From a virus, in IMG/VR virus record IMGVR_UViG_3300037466_003019: a stretch of DNA of 44,026 bases; one strand, given 5' to 3'. The notes under the pieces are model-generated. The model was not told where the DNA came from, did no database searches, and was given only the letters and a program-made list of their open reading frames with translations. The translations under genes were made by a program, and so were the position numbers. Positions 36,161 through 43,560 of the stretch are shown here, piece by piece. The first letter of the stretch is position 1. Each line of letters starts with the position of its first letter.

Positions 36161-36456
36161 GCGCCGTCATGGATCTGCGCCCGACCGTGGGCAATGACGG
36201 CGCCGGCAAGTTCACCGTCTACATCGGCGCCGGCTACCGCGAGCTGACGCGCGACCAGGCCTTCCGCCTGTTCGTGGAGCTGGGCGAGGCACTGAGCGTG
36301 CCCACGGTGGCCCGGGCGCATTTCTTCGCCTGGGCCGCCAGCCTGCGCCACCTGCCGACCACCGAGCAGGTGATGGAGAAGTTCAACGTGTCCCGCGCCA
36401 CCGCCTGCCGCTGGCTGGTGTTCGAGCGTGCGCAACGCGAAGGGGAAAGCGCATGA
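36157..36456 (+). CDS. Hypothetical DNA-binding-like protein
   Basis: 99 aa. The C-terminal segment EKFNVSRATACRWL is HTH-like. Confidence 0.45.
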   Translation: MSAVMDLRPTVGNDGAGKFTVYIGAGYRELTRDQAFRLFVELGEALSVPTVARAHFFAWAASLRHLPTTEQVMEKFNVSRATACRWLVFERAQREGESA

Positions 36457-36764
36457 AGCAGAAGCAGATCCCGCACCCGCCGGGCACGTTCGCTGCCTGC
36501 GCCGATTGCCGCCGCGAGCCCACCCACTGGGAGGTGCAGGGCCGCACCAGCCGCGAGCCGGTGACGTTCGCACCGGTGCCCACCCGACACCTGCTGGAAT
36601 GCCGGCCACCGTGCAAACGCCGCACGATGTTGCACCTGTCGCTGCCCGCCGCCATTGGCGAGTGGGGCCAGTTGGGCGAGACGCTGCCGCTGCCATTGCC
36701 GTCGCCGGTGGTGAGCAACGTGCGCTCGATCCGCTCCCGGGCGAAGGGGAGGGCGCACGCATGA
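36453..36764 (+). CDS. Hypothetical protein
   Basis: 103-aa ATGA-coupled ORF. Confidence 0.4.
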   Translation: MKQKQIPHPPGTFAACADCRREPTHWEVQGRTSREPVTFAPVPTRHLLECRPPCKRRTMLHLSLPAAIGEWGQLGETLPLPLPSPVVSNVRSIRSRAKGRAHA

Positions 36765-37057
36765 CATCGTCGCGCGCCAACGCCATGACGCCCGCCGCGC
36801 CGCCAGCCATCGGCGCGCTGCCAACCCCGAACGCCAGCGCGGAGGAGGTGCTGGCCAACCTGCAGCGCCTGCTCGCGGCACGCCGCGAGCGCATCGCCAC
36901 GGCCGCGCTGCAGGGGCTGCTGGCGTCCTGCGGGAACGTCCAAACCAACCGGCCCTCGGCCGAGCACCTGGCGGCCCGCTCGGTGCATTACGCCGATGCG
37001 CTGATCGATGCCCTCAACAAGGTGACGAAGGAGGCCGCCCATGCACGCCCTCGCTGA
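36761..37057 (+). CDS. Hypothetical protein
   Basis: 98-aa ATGA-coupled ORF. Confidence 0.4.
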   Translation: MTSSRANAMTPAAPPAIGALPTPNASAEEVLANLQRLLAARRERIATAALQGLLASCGNVQTNRPSAEHLAARSVHYADALIDALNKVTKEAAHARPR

Positions 37058-37271
37058 CGACGTGGTGCCCCTGACGCAAACCAAGGCCGGCCAGAAAGCC
37101 CGCGCCAGCGTGATCGGCCGGGCGGTGCGCGCCGGCGTGAGCCGCGGCTGCTACCGCTGCACCTGCTGCGGCGGGCGCTGCGAGGTGCGCGTGGACTACG
37201 ACGCCAACGGCGAGCCGGCCCGCACCCGCGGCCAGTGCCGCACGCCCAACTGCATCGCGTGGGAGGACTGA
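37041..37271 (+). CDS. Hypothetical Cys-rich protein
   Basis: 76 aa, with CYRCTCCGGRC...CRTPNC. Confidence 0.4.
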   Translation: MHALADDVVPLTQTKAGQKARASVIGRAVRAGVSRGCYRCTCCGGRCEVRVDYDANGEPARTRGQCRTPNCIAWED

Positions 37272-37275
37272 CGCC

Positions 37276-37524
37276 ATGGCCGACCACCTCAGCCCCCAGC
37301 ACGAGGCGATCCTGACCGAGCTGCGCAAAGGCCCGGCCACCACCATGCAGCTGATCAAGCGCTGCGGCGTCATCTGCGTGCAGGCCCGCCTGCACGAGCT
37401 CAAGACCGACCACGGCTACGCCATCGGCATGCAGATGGTGACCGTGCGCGACCGCCGGCGCGCCACCGTGCGCGTCGCCCAGTACAGCCTGCTACCGCAG
37501 CGCGCCCACAAGCGCGCCGCCTGA
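37276..37524 (+). CDS. Winged-helix-like hypothetical protein
   Basis: HEAILTELRKGPATTMQLIKR... Confidence 0.45.
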   Translation: MADHLSPQHEAILTELRKGPATTMQLIKRCGVICVQARLHELKTDHGYAIGMQMVTVRDRRRATVRVAQYSLLPQRAHKRAA

Positions 37525-37542
37525 CCTGAGGAAGCCCCTTCG

Positions 37543-37884
37543 ATGGAACTGAATATCCAGCCAGGGCAAAAGGCCCTGATCACTACCAACGCGTGGTTCT
37601 ACGGGCCGGACGGCCGCCAGTACCACGCCGTGTTTGGCACGGTGAAGGCCATCCGCGCCGACGAGGAAACCCTCGGCATCAAGTCCAACCGCAACAGCAC
37701 CAACTGGTACGTCGAGATCGGCAACATGACGATCGCCGGGTGCCAGGTGCACTACGCCATTCGCTGCGAGACCTGCAATACCGGTGAGACCGAGGCATGG
37801 ACTTCCGATGCTGCGAACGGGGTGCGCGTTTTCCGCCGCCCGAGCTCGATCTACAACGCCGATGCCGACGTGCGGGAGGGCTGA
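37543..37884 (+). CDS. Hypothetical protein
   Basis: 113 aa of non-biased composition. Confidence 0.5.
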   Translation: MELNIQPGQKALITTNAWFYGPDGRQYHAVFGTVKAIRADEETLGIKSNRNSTNWYVEIGNMTIAGCQVHYAIRCETCNTGETEAWTSDAANGVRVFRRPSSIYNADADVREG

Positions 37885-37887
37885 GCC

Positions 37888-38805
37888 ATGTTCTTCCGCA
37901 ACCTCACCCTGATGCGTTTCTCGCCCGCCGTAGCGCAGGACCTGGCGCGCCTCGACGAGGCGCTGGCCGATCACCGGCTGCGCCCCTGCGGCCCGCTGGA
38001 GCTGTTCACCAAGGGCTTCGTGCCGCCGATCGGCCGCGAGGCCGACTCGCCGCTGACGCACGCGGTGCGGAACTTCACCTGGTTCACCGTGGGCGGCGCG
38101 GACAAGCTGCTGCCCGCCGCGGTGGTCAACGACGAGCTGCACCGCCGCGTGCAGAAGATCGCCGAGGAGGAGGGCCGCAAGGTCGGCGGGCGCGAGCGCA
38201 AGCGCATGAAAGAGGACCTGCTGAACGAGTTGCTGCCGCGCGCCTTTGTGCGTGACTCGCGCCTGTCCGGCTACGTCGACACCCGCGAGGGCTGGCTGGT
38301 GCTGGACACCGCCGGCCGCAGGCCCGCGGAGAACGCGCTGACGCAGTTGCGCGAGGCGCTGGGCAGCTTCCCGGCTGTGCCGCTGGCGCCGGAGGAGGGG
38401 CCGCGCGTGCTGCTCACCGACTGGCTGGCCAACGGCACGCTGCCGGCCGGCCTGAGCCTGGGCGACGTGGTGGAGTTGCGCGACCCGGGCAGCACCACTG
38501 GCGCCATCGCCCGCTGCCGCCGGCAGGACCTGGAGAGCGAGGAGATCAAGGAGCACCTGCGCAATGGCAAGCAGGTGTTCCAGCTCGGCCTGGTGTTCGA
38601 CGACCGCCTGAGCTTCGTGCTGGGCGAAGACCTGGTGGTGCGCCACCTGAAGTTGCTGGACGTGGTGTTGGACGAGCTGGCCGACAGCGCGCCCGATGCC
38701 GCCGCCGAACTGGATGCCCGGTTCGCGCTGTTCACCCTGGAGGTGGAGCGCCTGCTCGGCCGCATGGCCGAGTGGTTTGCCCTGCCGCGCCCGAAAGACG
38801 CTTGA
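37888..38805 (+). CDS. rdgC: Recombination-associated protein RdgC
   Basis: The MFFRNLTLMRF N-terminus and the ~305-aa length are typical of RdgC. Confidence 0.8.
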   Translation: MFFRNLTLMRFSPAVAQDLARLDEALADHRLRPCGPLELFTKGFVPPIGREADSPLTHAVRNFTWFTVGGADKLLPAAVVNDELHRRVQKIAEEEGRKVGGRERKRMKEDLLNELLPRAFVRDSRLSGYVDTREGWLVLDTAGRRPAENALTQLREALGSFPAVPLAPEEGPRVLLTDWLANGTLPAGLSLGDVVELRDPGSTTGAIARCRRQDLESEEIKEHLRNGKQVFQLGLVFDDRLSFVLGEDLVVRHLKLLDVVLDELADSAPDAAAELDARFALFTLEVERLLGRMAEWFALPRPKDA

Positions 38806-38858
38806 CCCTGACCCGCCCCTTGAACGCCGCACCCGCGGCCAACCGGAAAGGAATACCC

Positions 38859-39383
38859 ATGCAACAGCCCAACATCCATATCGACCGCATGACCGTCCAC
38901 GTGCACGGCCCTGAGCCCGAAAGCAGCGGGCTGCTGGTCGCGCCGCTGATCCAGGCGGTCTTCGGAGACGTCAAAAAGGCCTCGGGCAAGAGCGAGGCCG
39001 AACGCTTCGAGCTGCGCCCGGACGGCACCACGGTCGACCATAAGACCGGCCTGCAGTGGGCCACCGAGGAAAGCCCCAAGCAGCTGAATTTCGAGGAGGC
39101 CGAGAAGCACTGCGCCGCGCTGCGTCTCGGCGGCTTCGACGACTGGCGCCTGCCCGACCTGGAGGAGCTGGAGTCCATCCGCGACCTCGGCCGCCACAAC
39201 CCCTGCATCGATCCGAAGTTCTTCAAGAGCAACGCCAACTGGGTGTGGTCGCGCACGCCCACGGCGTGGTCTTCGGGCTGCGCGTGGGTCGTCTACTTCT
39301 ACTACGGCAACGTGAACTACGACGACCGGTACGGCAGGGCGTTCGTCCGGGCTGTGCGTCGCGTGTCGCCGGCCGGTCAGTGA
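38859..39383 (+). CDS. DGR target protein 1 (DUF1566 / C-type-lectin-fold)
   Basis: DHKTGLQWATEE...EAEKHCAALRLGGFDDWRLPDLEELESI...WVWSRTPTAWSSGCAW-VVYFYYGNVNYDDRYG-RAFVRAVRRV. AAAGGA RBS. The longest ORF starts at 38772. Confidence 0.9.
   Translation: MQQPNIHIDRMTVHVHGPEPESSGLLVAPLIQAVFGDVKKASGKSEAERFELRPDGTTVDHKTGLQWATEESPKQLNFEEAEKHCAALRLGGFDDWRLPDLEELESIRDLGRHNPCIDPKFFKSNANWVWSRTPTAWSSGCAWVVYFYYGNVNYDDRYGRAFVRAVRRVSPAGQ
39263..39377 (+). repeat. DGR variable repeat VR1
   Basis: 115 nt aligned to the TR, with 10 mismatches, all at TR adenines. The variable window is 39288-39336. Confidence 0.95.
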
Positions 39384-39425
39384 TTGGCCTTTTGGCCCAT
39401 CCCTCCATTCACAAGGAAACGCTCC

Positions 39426-39854
39426 ATGGAAACCATGATCAAGATCGGTGCGCAGGGCGAGCAGCTGCCGGCCGAGGCCACCCAGTGGGACGCCGTGCTG
39501 CTGCCGCAGCTCGGCCTGATGTTCAGCGCCACCGACACGGGCGAGGGGGAACTGACCTTCAAGCAGGCCGAGGCGGCCTGCGCCAGCCTCACGCTCGCCA
39601 GCTTCAGCGATTGGCGGATGCCGGAACGGCAGGAGCTGGAGGCGATTCTGGACCTGACTCGCTACGAGCCGGCCATCGACCCGGCGTTCTTCCGCGACAC
39701 CAAGAGCGACTGGTACTGGACCCGCACGCCTACGGCGTGGTCTTCGGGCTGCGCGTGGATCGTCAGCTTCGACGACGGCGGCGTGGGCAACGGCACCCGG
39801 AACCTCAGGGCGTTCGTCCGGGCTGTGCGTCGCGTGTCGCCGGCCGGTCAGTGA
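39426..39854 (+). CDS. DGR target protein 2 (DUF1566 / C-type-lectin-fold)
   Basis: METMIKIG...ASFSDWRMPERQELEAIL...WYWTRTPTAWSSGCAW-IVSFDDGGVGNGTRNL-RAFVRAVRRV. AAGGA lies 8 nt upstream. Confidence 0.9.
   Translation: METMIKIGAQGEQLPAEATQWDAVLLPQLGLMFSATDTGEGELTFKQAEAACASLTLASFSDWRMPERQELEAILDLTRYEPAIDPAFFRDTKSDWYWTRTPTAWSSGCAWIVSFDDGGVGNGTRNLRAFVRAVRRVSPAGQ
39734..39848 (+). repeat. DGR variable repeat VR2
   Basis: 12 mismatches to the TR, all at TR adenines. Confidence 0.95.
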
Positions 39855-39896
39855 TTGGCCTTTTGGCCCATCCCTCCATTCACAAGGAAACGCTCC

Positions 39897-40325
39897 ATGG
39901 AAACCATGATCAAGATCGGTGCGCAGGGCGAGCAGCTGCCGGCCGAGGCCACCCAGTGGGACGCCGTGCTGCTGCCGCAGCTCGGCCTGATGTTCAGCGC
40001 CACCGACACGGGCGAGGGGGAACTGACCTTCAAGCAGGCCGAGGCGGCCTGCGCCAGCCTCACGCTCGCCAGCTTCAGCGATTGGCGGATGCCGGAACGG
40101 CAGGAGCTGGAGGCGATTCTGGACCTGACTCGCTACGAGCCGGCCATCGACCCGGCGTTCTTCCGCGACACCAAGAGCGACTGGTACTGGACCCGCACGC
40201 CTACGGCGTGGTCTTCGGGCTGCGCGTGGTTCGTCGGCTTCCTCGACGGCTACGTGGGCAACAACGCCCGACACGGCAGGGCGTTCGTCCGGGCTGTGCG
40301 TCGCGTGTCGCCGGCCGGTCAGTGA
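39897..40325 (+). CDS. DGR target protein 3 (duplicate of target 2 apart from the VR)
   Basis: Identical to target 2 except for the VR residues FVGFLDGYVGNNARHG. Confidence 0.9.
   Translation: METMIKIGAQGEQLPAEATQWDAVLLPQLGLMFSATDTGEGELTFKQAEAACASLTLASFSDWRMPERQELEAILDLTRYEPAIDPAFFRDTKSDWYWTRTPTAWSSGCAWFVGFLDGYVGNNARHGRAFVRAVRRVSPAGQ
40205..40319 (+). repeat. DGR variable repeat VR3
   Basis: 15 mismatches to the TR. 14 are at TR adenines. The other is a synonymous G->A (cgg->cga) at 40271. Confidence 0.95.
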
Positions 40326-40351
40326 TCGGCTTCTCGGCCTGAGCTAACACC

Positions 40352-40786
40352 ATGACCTTCACCCTCCCACCCGCCGTGCGCCTGGCCGAAGGCTTGGCTC
40401 GGGACATCGAGCAGGCCGTCGCGCGGTTCCAGCGCGCCTACCGCTATACGTTCGGCGCGGATCTTCGCGCCCGGGCGTGGGCGGTGTTGCGCACCGCCCA
40501 CCGGGCGGCGCGCGACCAGGCGCGCCGGGGCCATTGGCTGACGCAACTGGTGTGGGAGGTGGACGAGCTCAAGTTGAGCCTGCAGTTGGGCAAGCAGTTG
40601 CACGCCTTCGTCAGCTTCGCGCAGTTCGAGGCGCTGGCGCGGGCGGCCGCGCAGCTGGGCCGCCAGGTGGGCGGCTGGCACAAGCAGCAACACCCTCAAG
40701 GCCAGAGTGGTCCGGCGCGAGCGCCGGGCCAGCGTGCCATGACACTGAGTTCCCGTGCCGCCTCGAACCGTGAGGCCAATCGATGA
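40352..40786 (+). CDS. avd: DGR accessory variability determinant (Avd, four-helix-bundle type)
   Basis: 144 aa, helical and Arg/Ala-rich (...AVARFQRAYRYTFGADLRARAW...ELKLSLQLGKQLHAF...FEALARAAAQLGRQVGGW), in the canonical position between VR and TR. Confidence 0.8.
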   Translation: MTFTLPPAVRLAEGLARDIEQAVARFQRAYRYTFGADLRARAWAVLRTAHRAARDQARRGHWLTQLVWEVDELKLSLQLGKQLHAFVSFAQFEALARAAAQLGRQVGGWHKQQHPQGQSGPARAPGQRAMTLSSRAASNREANR

Positions 40787-42141
40787 CGACGCCGCGCTAC
40801 TCCACCATGGAATGCGCGGCCGGGTCGCAAGTGCACGGGCGGGCGTGGTCTTCGGGCTGCGCGTGGATCGTCAACTTCAACAACGGCAACGTGAACAACA
40901 ACAACCGGAACAACAGGGCGTTCGTCCGGGCTGTGCGTCGCGTGTCGCCGGCCGGTGAGTGTCGGGGTGAGGTGAGCCTGCGGGCGCTATACGAAGCATG
41001 GCGCGCCGCTCGCCGCAAGAAGCAACCCAGTGCCAACCAGCTAGCGTTCGAGCTGCGCTCGATCGACCGCCTGCTGGACCTGCAGGAACAACTCAACGCC
41101 GGCCGCTGGTCGCCGGCCCCCACCACGTGCTTCGTGGCCACGCGGCCCAAGGCGCGCGAGATCCATGCGCCGGACTTTGCCGACCGTGTGGTGCACCACT
41201 GGCTGGTGCCGCAGCTGGAGGCGATCTACGAGCCTGGTTTCATCCACGACAGCTACGCCAACCGCAAGGGCAAGGGCACGCACGCGGCGGTACGCCGCCT
41301 GCAACAGTTCGTGCGCCAGGTGCACAGCGGACAGGGCGGCGGCTGGTACCTGCAGCTGGACGTGCACAACTTCTTCAACTCGATCCACCGCGCGACGCTG
41401 TACGGCATGCTCAAGGCGCGTCTGTCCCGCGCCGGCTTGGGTGAAGTGCCGATGCGGGCCGTGCACGCGCTGCTGCGCCACCCGGTGCAACAACAAGGCG
41501 TCATCCACCGCGCCACGCCGGCAGAGCGGGCACTGGTGCCGCCGCACAAACGGCTGGAGAACGCACCGCCCGGGTGCGGCTTGCCGATCGGCAATCTGTC
41601 GTCGCAGTTCTTCGCCAACGTGTACCTGGATGCGCTGGACCAGTTCGTCAAGCACACGCTCAAGGCCAAGCGCTACCTACGCTACGTGGACGACTTCGTG
41701 CTGGTGCACCGCGACCGGGGCCAGCTCGAGCAATGGCACGCGGCGATCGAACGCTTCCTCGGGCAGACGCTTCGGCTCGGCCTGAAGGCCGACCAGCGCC
41801 TGCGCCCGCTGTCCGCCGGCATCGACTTCCTGGGCTACGTGGTCTACCCCACGCACACCCGCGTGCGGCCGCGCGTGCTGCGCCACGCGACGGACAGCCT
41901 GCAGCGCTGGCAGCGGGCGCACCGCGCGGGCGGCGGCTACAGGGGCACGCCGGAGGACTTCCAGCGCCTCGATTCCATCTGGGCCAGCTACCAGGGCCAC
42001 TTCGCGCACGCGAACAGCTGGCGCCTGCAGCAGCGCCTGCTGCGGCGGCGCCCCTGGCTCGCCGCGCTCGCCAACCCACGGCGCCGCTTCCATCACCGCC
42101 TGAGCGGGCGGCGCCTCACTGTGAGGGTTTCACATCCATGA
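40783..42141 (+). CDS. DGR reverse transcriptase (ORF as tracked; the functional start may be GTG 40972, downstream of the TR)
   Basis: LPIGNLSSQFFANVYLD is the DGR-type motif and RYLRYVDDFVLVH carries YxDD at 41683-41694. The N-terminal core LRALYEAWRAARRKK...PKAREIHAPDFADRVVHHWL is also present. ATG 40783 overlaps the avd stop (ATGA), but the first ~60 codons are simply the TR read in frame. Confidence 0.92.
   Translation: MTTPRYSTMECAAGSQVHGRAWSSGCAWIVNFNNGNVNNNNRNNRAFVRAVRRVSPAGECRGEVSLRALYEAWRAARRKKQPSANQLAFELRSIDRLLDLQEQLNAGRWSPAPTTCFVATRPKAREIHAPDFADRVVHHWLVPQLEAIYEPGFIHDSYANRKGKGTHAAVRRLQQFVRQVHSGQGGGWYLQLDVHNFFNSIHRATLYGMLKARLSRAGLGEVPMRAVHALLRHPVQQQGVIHRATPAERALVPPHKRLENAPPGCGLPIGNLSSQFFANVYLDALDQFVKHTLKAKRYLRYVDDFVLVHRDRGQLEQWHAAIERFLGQTLRLGLKADQRLRPLSAGIDFLGYVVYPTHTRVRPRVLRHATDSLQRWQRAHRAGGGYRGTPEDFQRLDSIWASYQGHFAHANSWRLQQRLLRRRPWLAALANPRRRFHHRLSGRRLTVRVSHP
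40842..40956 (+). repeat. DGR template repeat (TR)
   Basis: 115 nt. The A-free flanks (25 nt at the 5' end, 41 nt at the 3' end) are identical to all three VRs. The central window 40867-40915 holds 22 adenines: 10 AAC codons plus one ATC and one AGG in the VR reading frame. Homology continues with one mismatch to about 40961. Confidence 0.95.
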
Positions 42142-43043
42142 GCCAATACACACCGGAACAGGTTGACCTGCGCAATCTCATCTACGCCGACCTGCAGTTC
42201 GAGCATCGCGGCGAAACCGATCTCAAATGGGAAGAGATTCAGGCCTTGGTGGAGCGTGGCTGGATGCACGAAGGTCAGAATAACGACGAGTTCGACCTCA
42301 CCGACGAGGGCCGAACCGTTCTCGCAGATGCCCTCTCCCAGCTGCAGCAGGGAGAGCAGCGGGCGGTGATTGATGGCAAGTACGACAACGTGCTGGTGCC
42401 GTTCGCTCGCCTGATGGCGAAGGAGCTGCACGCCAACGCTGGCAAGGGTGATCGCCCAGGGTGGCTGAGCATGACGCCGGCCACCGGCATGCTGGAAATC
42501 TACTACCACACGGCCAAGCTGCAGAAGGCGGTGAAGGGCGGCAACTGCGACGGGATCCGCGAGTTCGCCGCCGACGTGGCGAACATGGCGATGATGCTGC
42601 TGGACGCGTGCGGCGGCTTGGCCGTGGACGAGCGGATGGACCGGGCGGGCTCGTTCCAAGAACGCGTGTCTGAGTGGATGGAGCAGTGCTTCTTGCCATC
42701 CCTCTACAGCAACATGACCGAGCGCGGTGATCGCCTCCTCGAGGAGGTGCTGGAGCTACTGCAATCCAAGGGCTATGACCGCACCCGGGTCGCCACGCTG
42801 GTCGACTACGTGTGGGGTCGCCCGGTGGGCGAGCCGGCGCAGGAAGTGGGCGGCGTTATGGTGACGCTGGCCGGGTTCTGCTGGATCGCCGGCCTGGACA
42901 TGCACGCCGCGGGCGACGCCGAGCTGGCACGCATTAACGCGCCCGAGGTGATGGAGAAGATCCGGCGCAAGCAGGAGGCCAAGAACGCGCTGCACTTCGA
43001 CACGCCGCTGCCAGGGCAGGTCAAGGTGCTGGGGGCGGCATGA
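42138..43043 (+). CDS. MazG-like nucleotide pyrophosphohydrolase-domain protein (tentative), ATGA-coupled to the RT
   Basis: 302 aa. Helical segments LMAKELHANAGKGDRPGW...IREFAADVANMAMMLLD and ERGDRLLEEVLELLQSKGYD...EVGGVMVTLAGF resemble all-alpha NTP-PPase motifs. Confidence 0.4.
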   Translation: MSQYTPEQVDLRNLIYADLQFEHRGETDLKWEEIQALVERGWMHEGQNNDEFDLTDEGRTVLADALSQLQQGEQRAVIDGKYDNVLVPFARLMAKELHANAGKGDRPGWLSMTPATGMLEIYYHTAKLQKAVKGGNCDGIREFAADVANMAMMLLDACGGLAVDERMDRAGSFQERVSEWMEQCFLPSLYSNMTERGDRLLEEVLELLQSKGYDRTRVATLVDYVWGRPVGEPAQEVGGVMVTLAGFCWIAGLDMHAAGDAELARINAPEVMEKIRRKQEAKNALHFDTPLPGQVKVLGAA

Positions 43044-43054
43044 AGCACGAACCG

Positions 43055-43279
43055 CTACGCGTCGATGAAGTCGCGCGCCAGCGTGTGACCCGCGGTCACT
43101 GTCCCTTCGAGCGTGGTGAACCGGCGACCCTCTTTGTCGCGGATCTTCGGCAGGCCTTCGATGTCGATGGCATCGATCCAGTAGCAGCCCGTGCCCTCGT
43201 AGATCGTGAGGATGTAGGCCTTACCTTTGTAGACGCCATCGCGCAGGTAAATCGGCGCCTTGCTTCGTGTCCCGCTCAT
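43055..43279 (-). CDS. Small hypothetical protein
   Basis: MSGTRSKAPIYLRDGVYKGKAYILTIYEGTGCYWIDAIDIEG... has normal composition, with a GAGGGA RBS. Preferred over the antisense + ORF 43040-43312. Confidence 0.5.
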   Translation of the reverse strand: MSGTRSKAPIYLRDGVYKGKAYILTIYEGTGCYWIDAIDIEGLPKIRDKEGRRFTTLEGTVTAGHTLARDFIDA

Positions 43280-43308
43280 GCGTCCCTCGCTTTGCTGCGG
43301 AGTCCCCA

Positions 43309-43557
43309 ATGATGGTTGAGCATAGCGTTGATCTCGAAGCTGGTGCGCACGTAACGCTGGATGGCGCTCAGGCCGTCTACGCCATCGTGGCTCGGCGCCT
43401 AGACGCCACCACGCCTTCGGGCGTGACCTTCCGGTTGCTACCGGATGCCGGCGGCTGGGTAGACGCCGGCCGGGTGACCTACGCCGCGGGCTTCGTCGAA
43501 CGGCAGAGGTTCGACCCCGAGGAGGAACTGGACCCCGACGCCGAGTGGGAGTGGTAA
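43309..43557 (+). CDS. Hypothetical protein
   Basis: 82 aa, with GGAG 8 nt upstream. Confidence 0.45.
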   Translation: MMVEHSVDLEAGAHVTLDGAQAVYAIVARRLDATTPSGVTFRLLPDAGGWVDAGRVTYAAGFVERQRFDPEEELDPDAEWEW

Positions 43558-43560
43558 CCG

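Larger units (their letters stand above)
39384..40325 (+). repeat. Tandem direct duplication, 2 x 471 bp (39384-39854 and 39855-40325), each unit holding one target gene
   Basis: The two 156-codon ORF translations are identical for residues 1-125 and 142-156. The antisense ORFs 39377-39592 and 39848-40063 are also identical. All differences lie in the VR window. Confidence 0.95.
38859..42141 (+). mobile_element. Diversity-generating retroelement cassette: three target genes with VRs, avd, TR and RT
   Basis: See the component features below. TR/VR mismatches are adenine-specific. Confidence 0.95.

Noticed and set aside
39381-39400. Hairpin downstream of VR1/VR2 (ggcc-tttt-ggcc), as the cruciform element reported to assist DGR target recognition.
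   Set aside because: The stem is only 4 bp, and the sequence downstream of VR3 does not keep it. This is too weak to call. The palindromic CCGGCCGG inside the VR 3' end may be more relevant, but that is untested.
38271-40274. 667-aa minus-strand ORF with an internal repeat, spanning the DGR targets.
   Set aside because: It is antisense to well-supported + strand genes. Its composition is Arg/Ala/Gly/Pro-rich, typical of GC-rich antisense frames. The internal repeat is just the 471-bp tandem duplication read backwards.
39336-40325. Possible CRISPR or other interspersed repeat array, suggested by regularly spaced identical segments.
   Set aside because: The repeat period is 471 bp and each unit is a complete coding gene. 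The conserved blocks are the DGR VR flanks, not 25-40-bp CRISPR repeats.
43040-43312. 90-aa + strand ORF immediately after the MazG-like gene.
   Set aside because: The minus-strand 74-aa ORF (43055-43279) has a good RBS and a more protein-like sequence. Only one of the two is likely real, and confidence is moderate.
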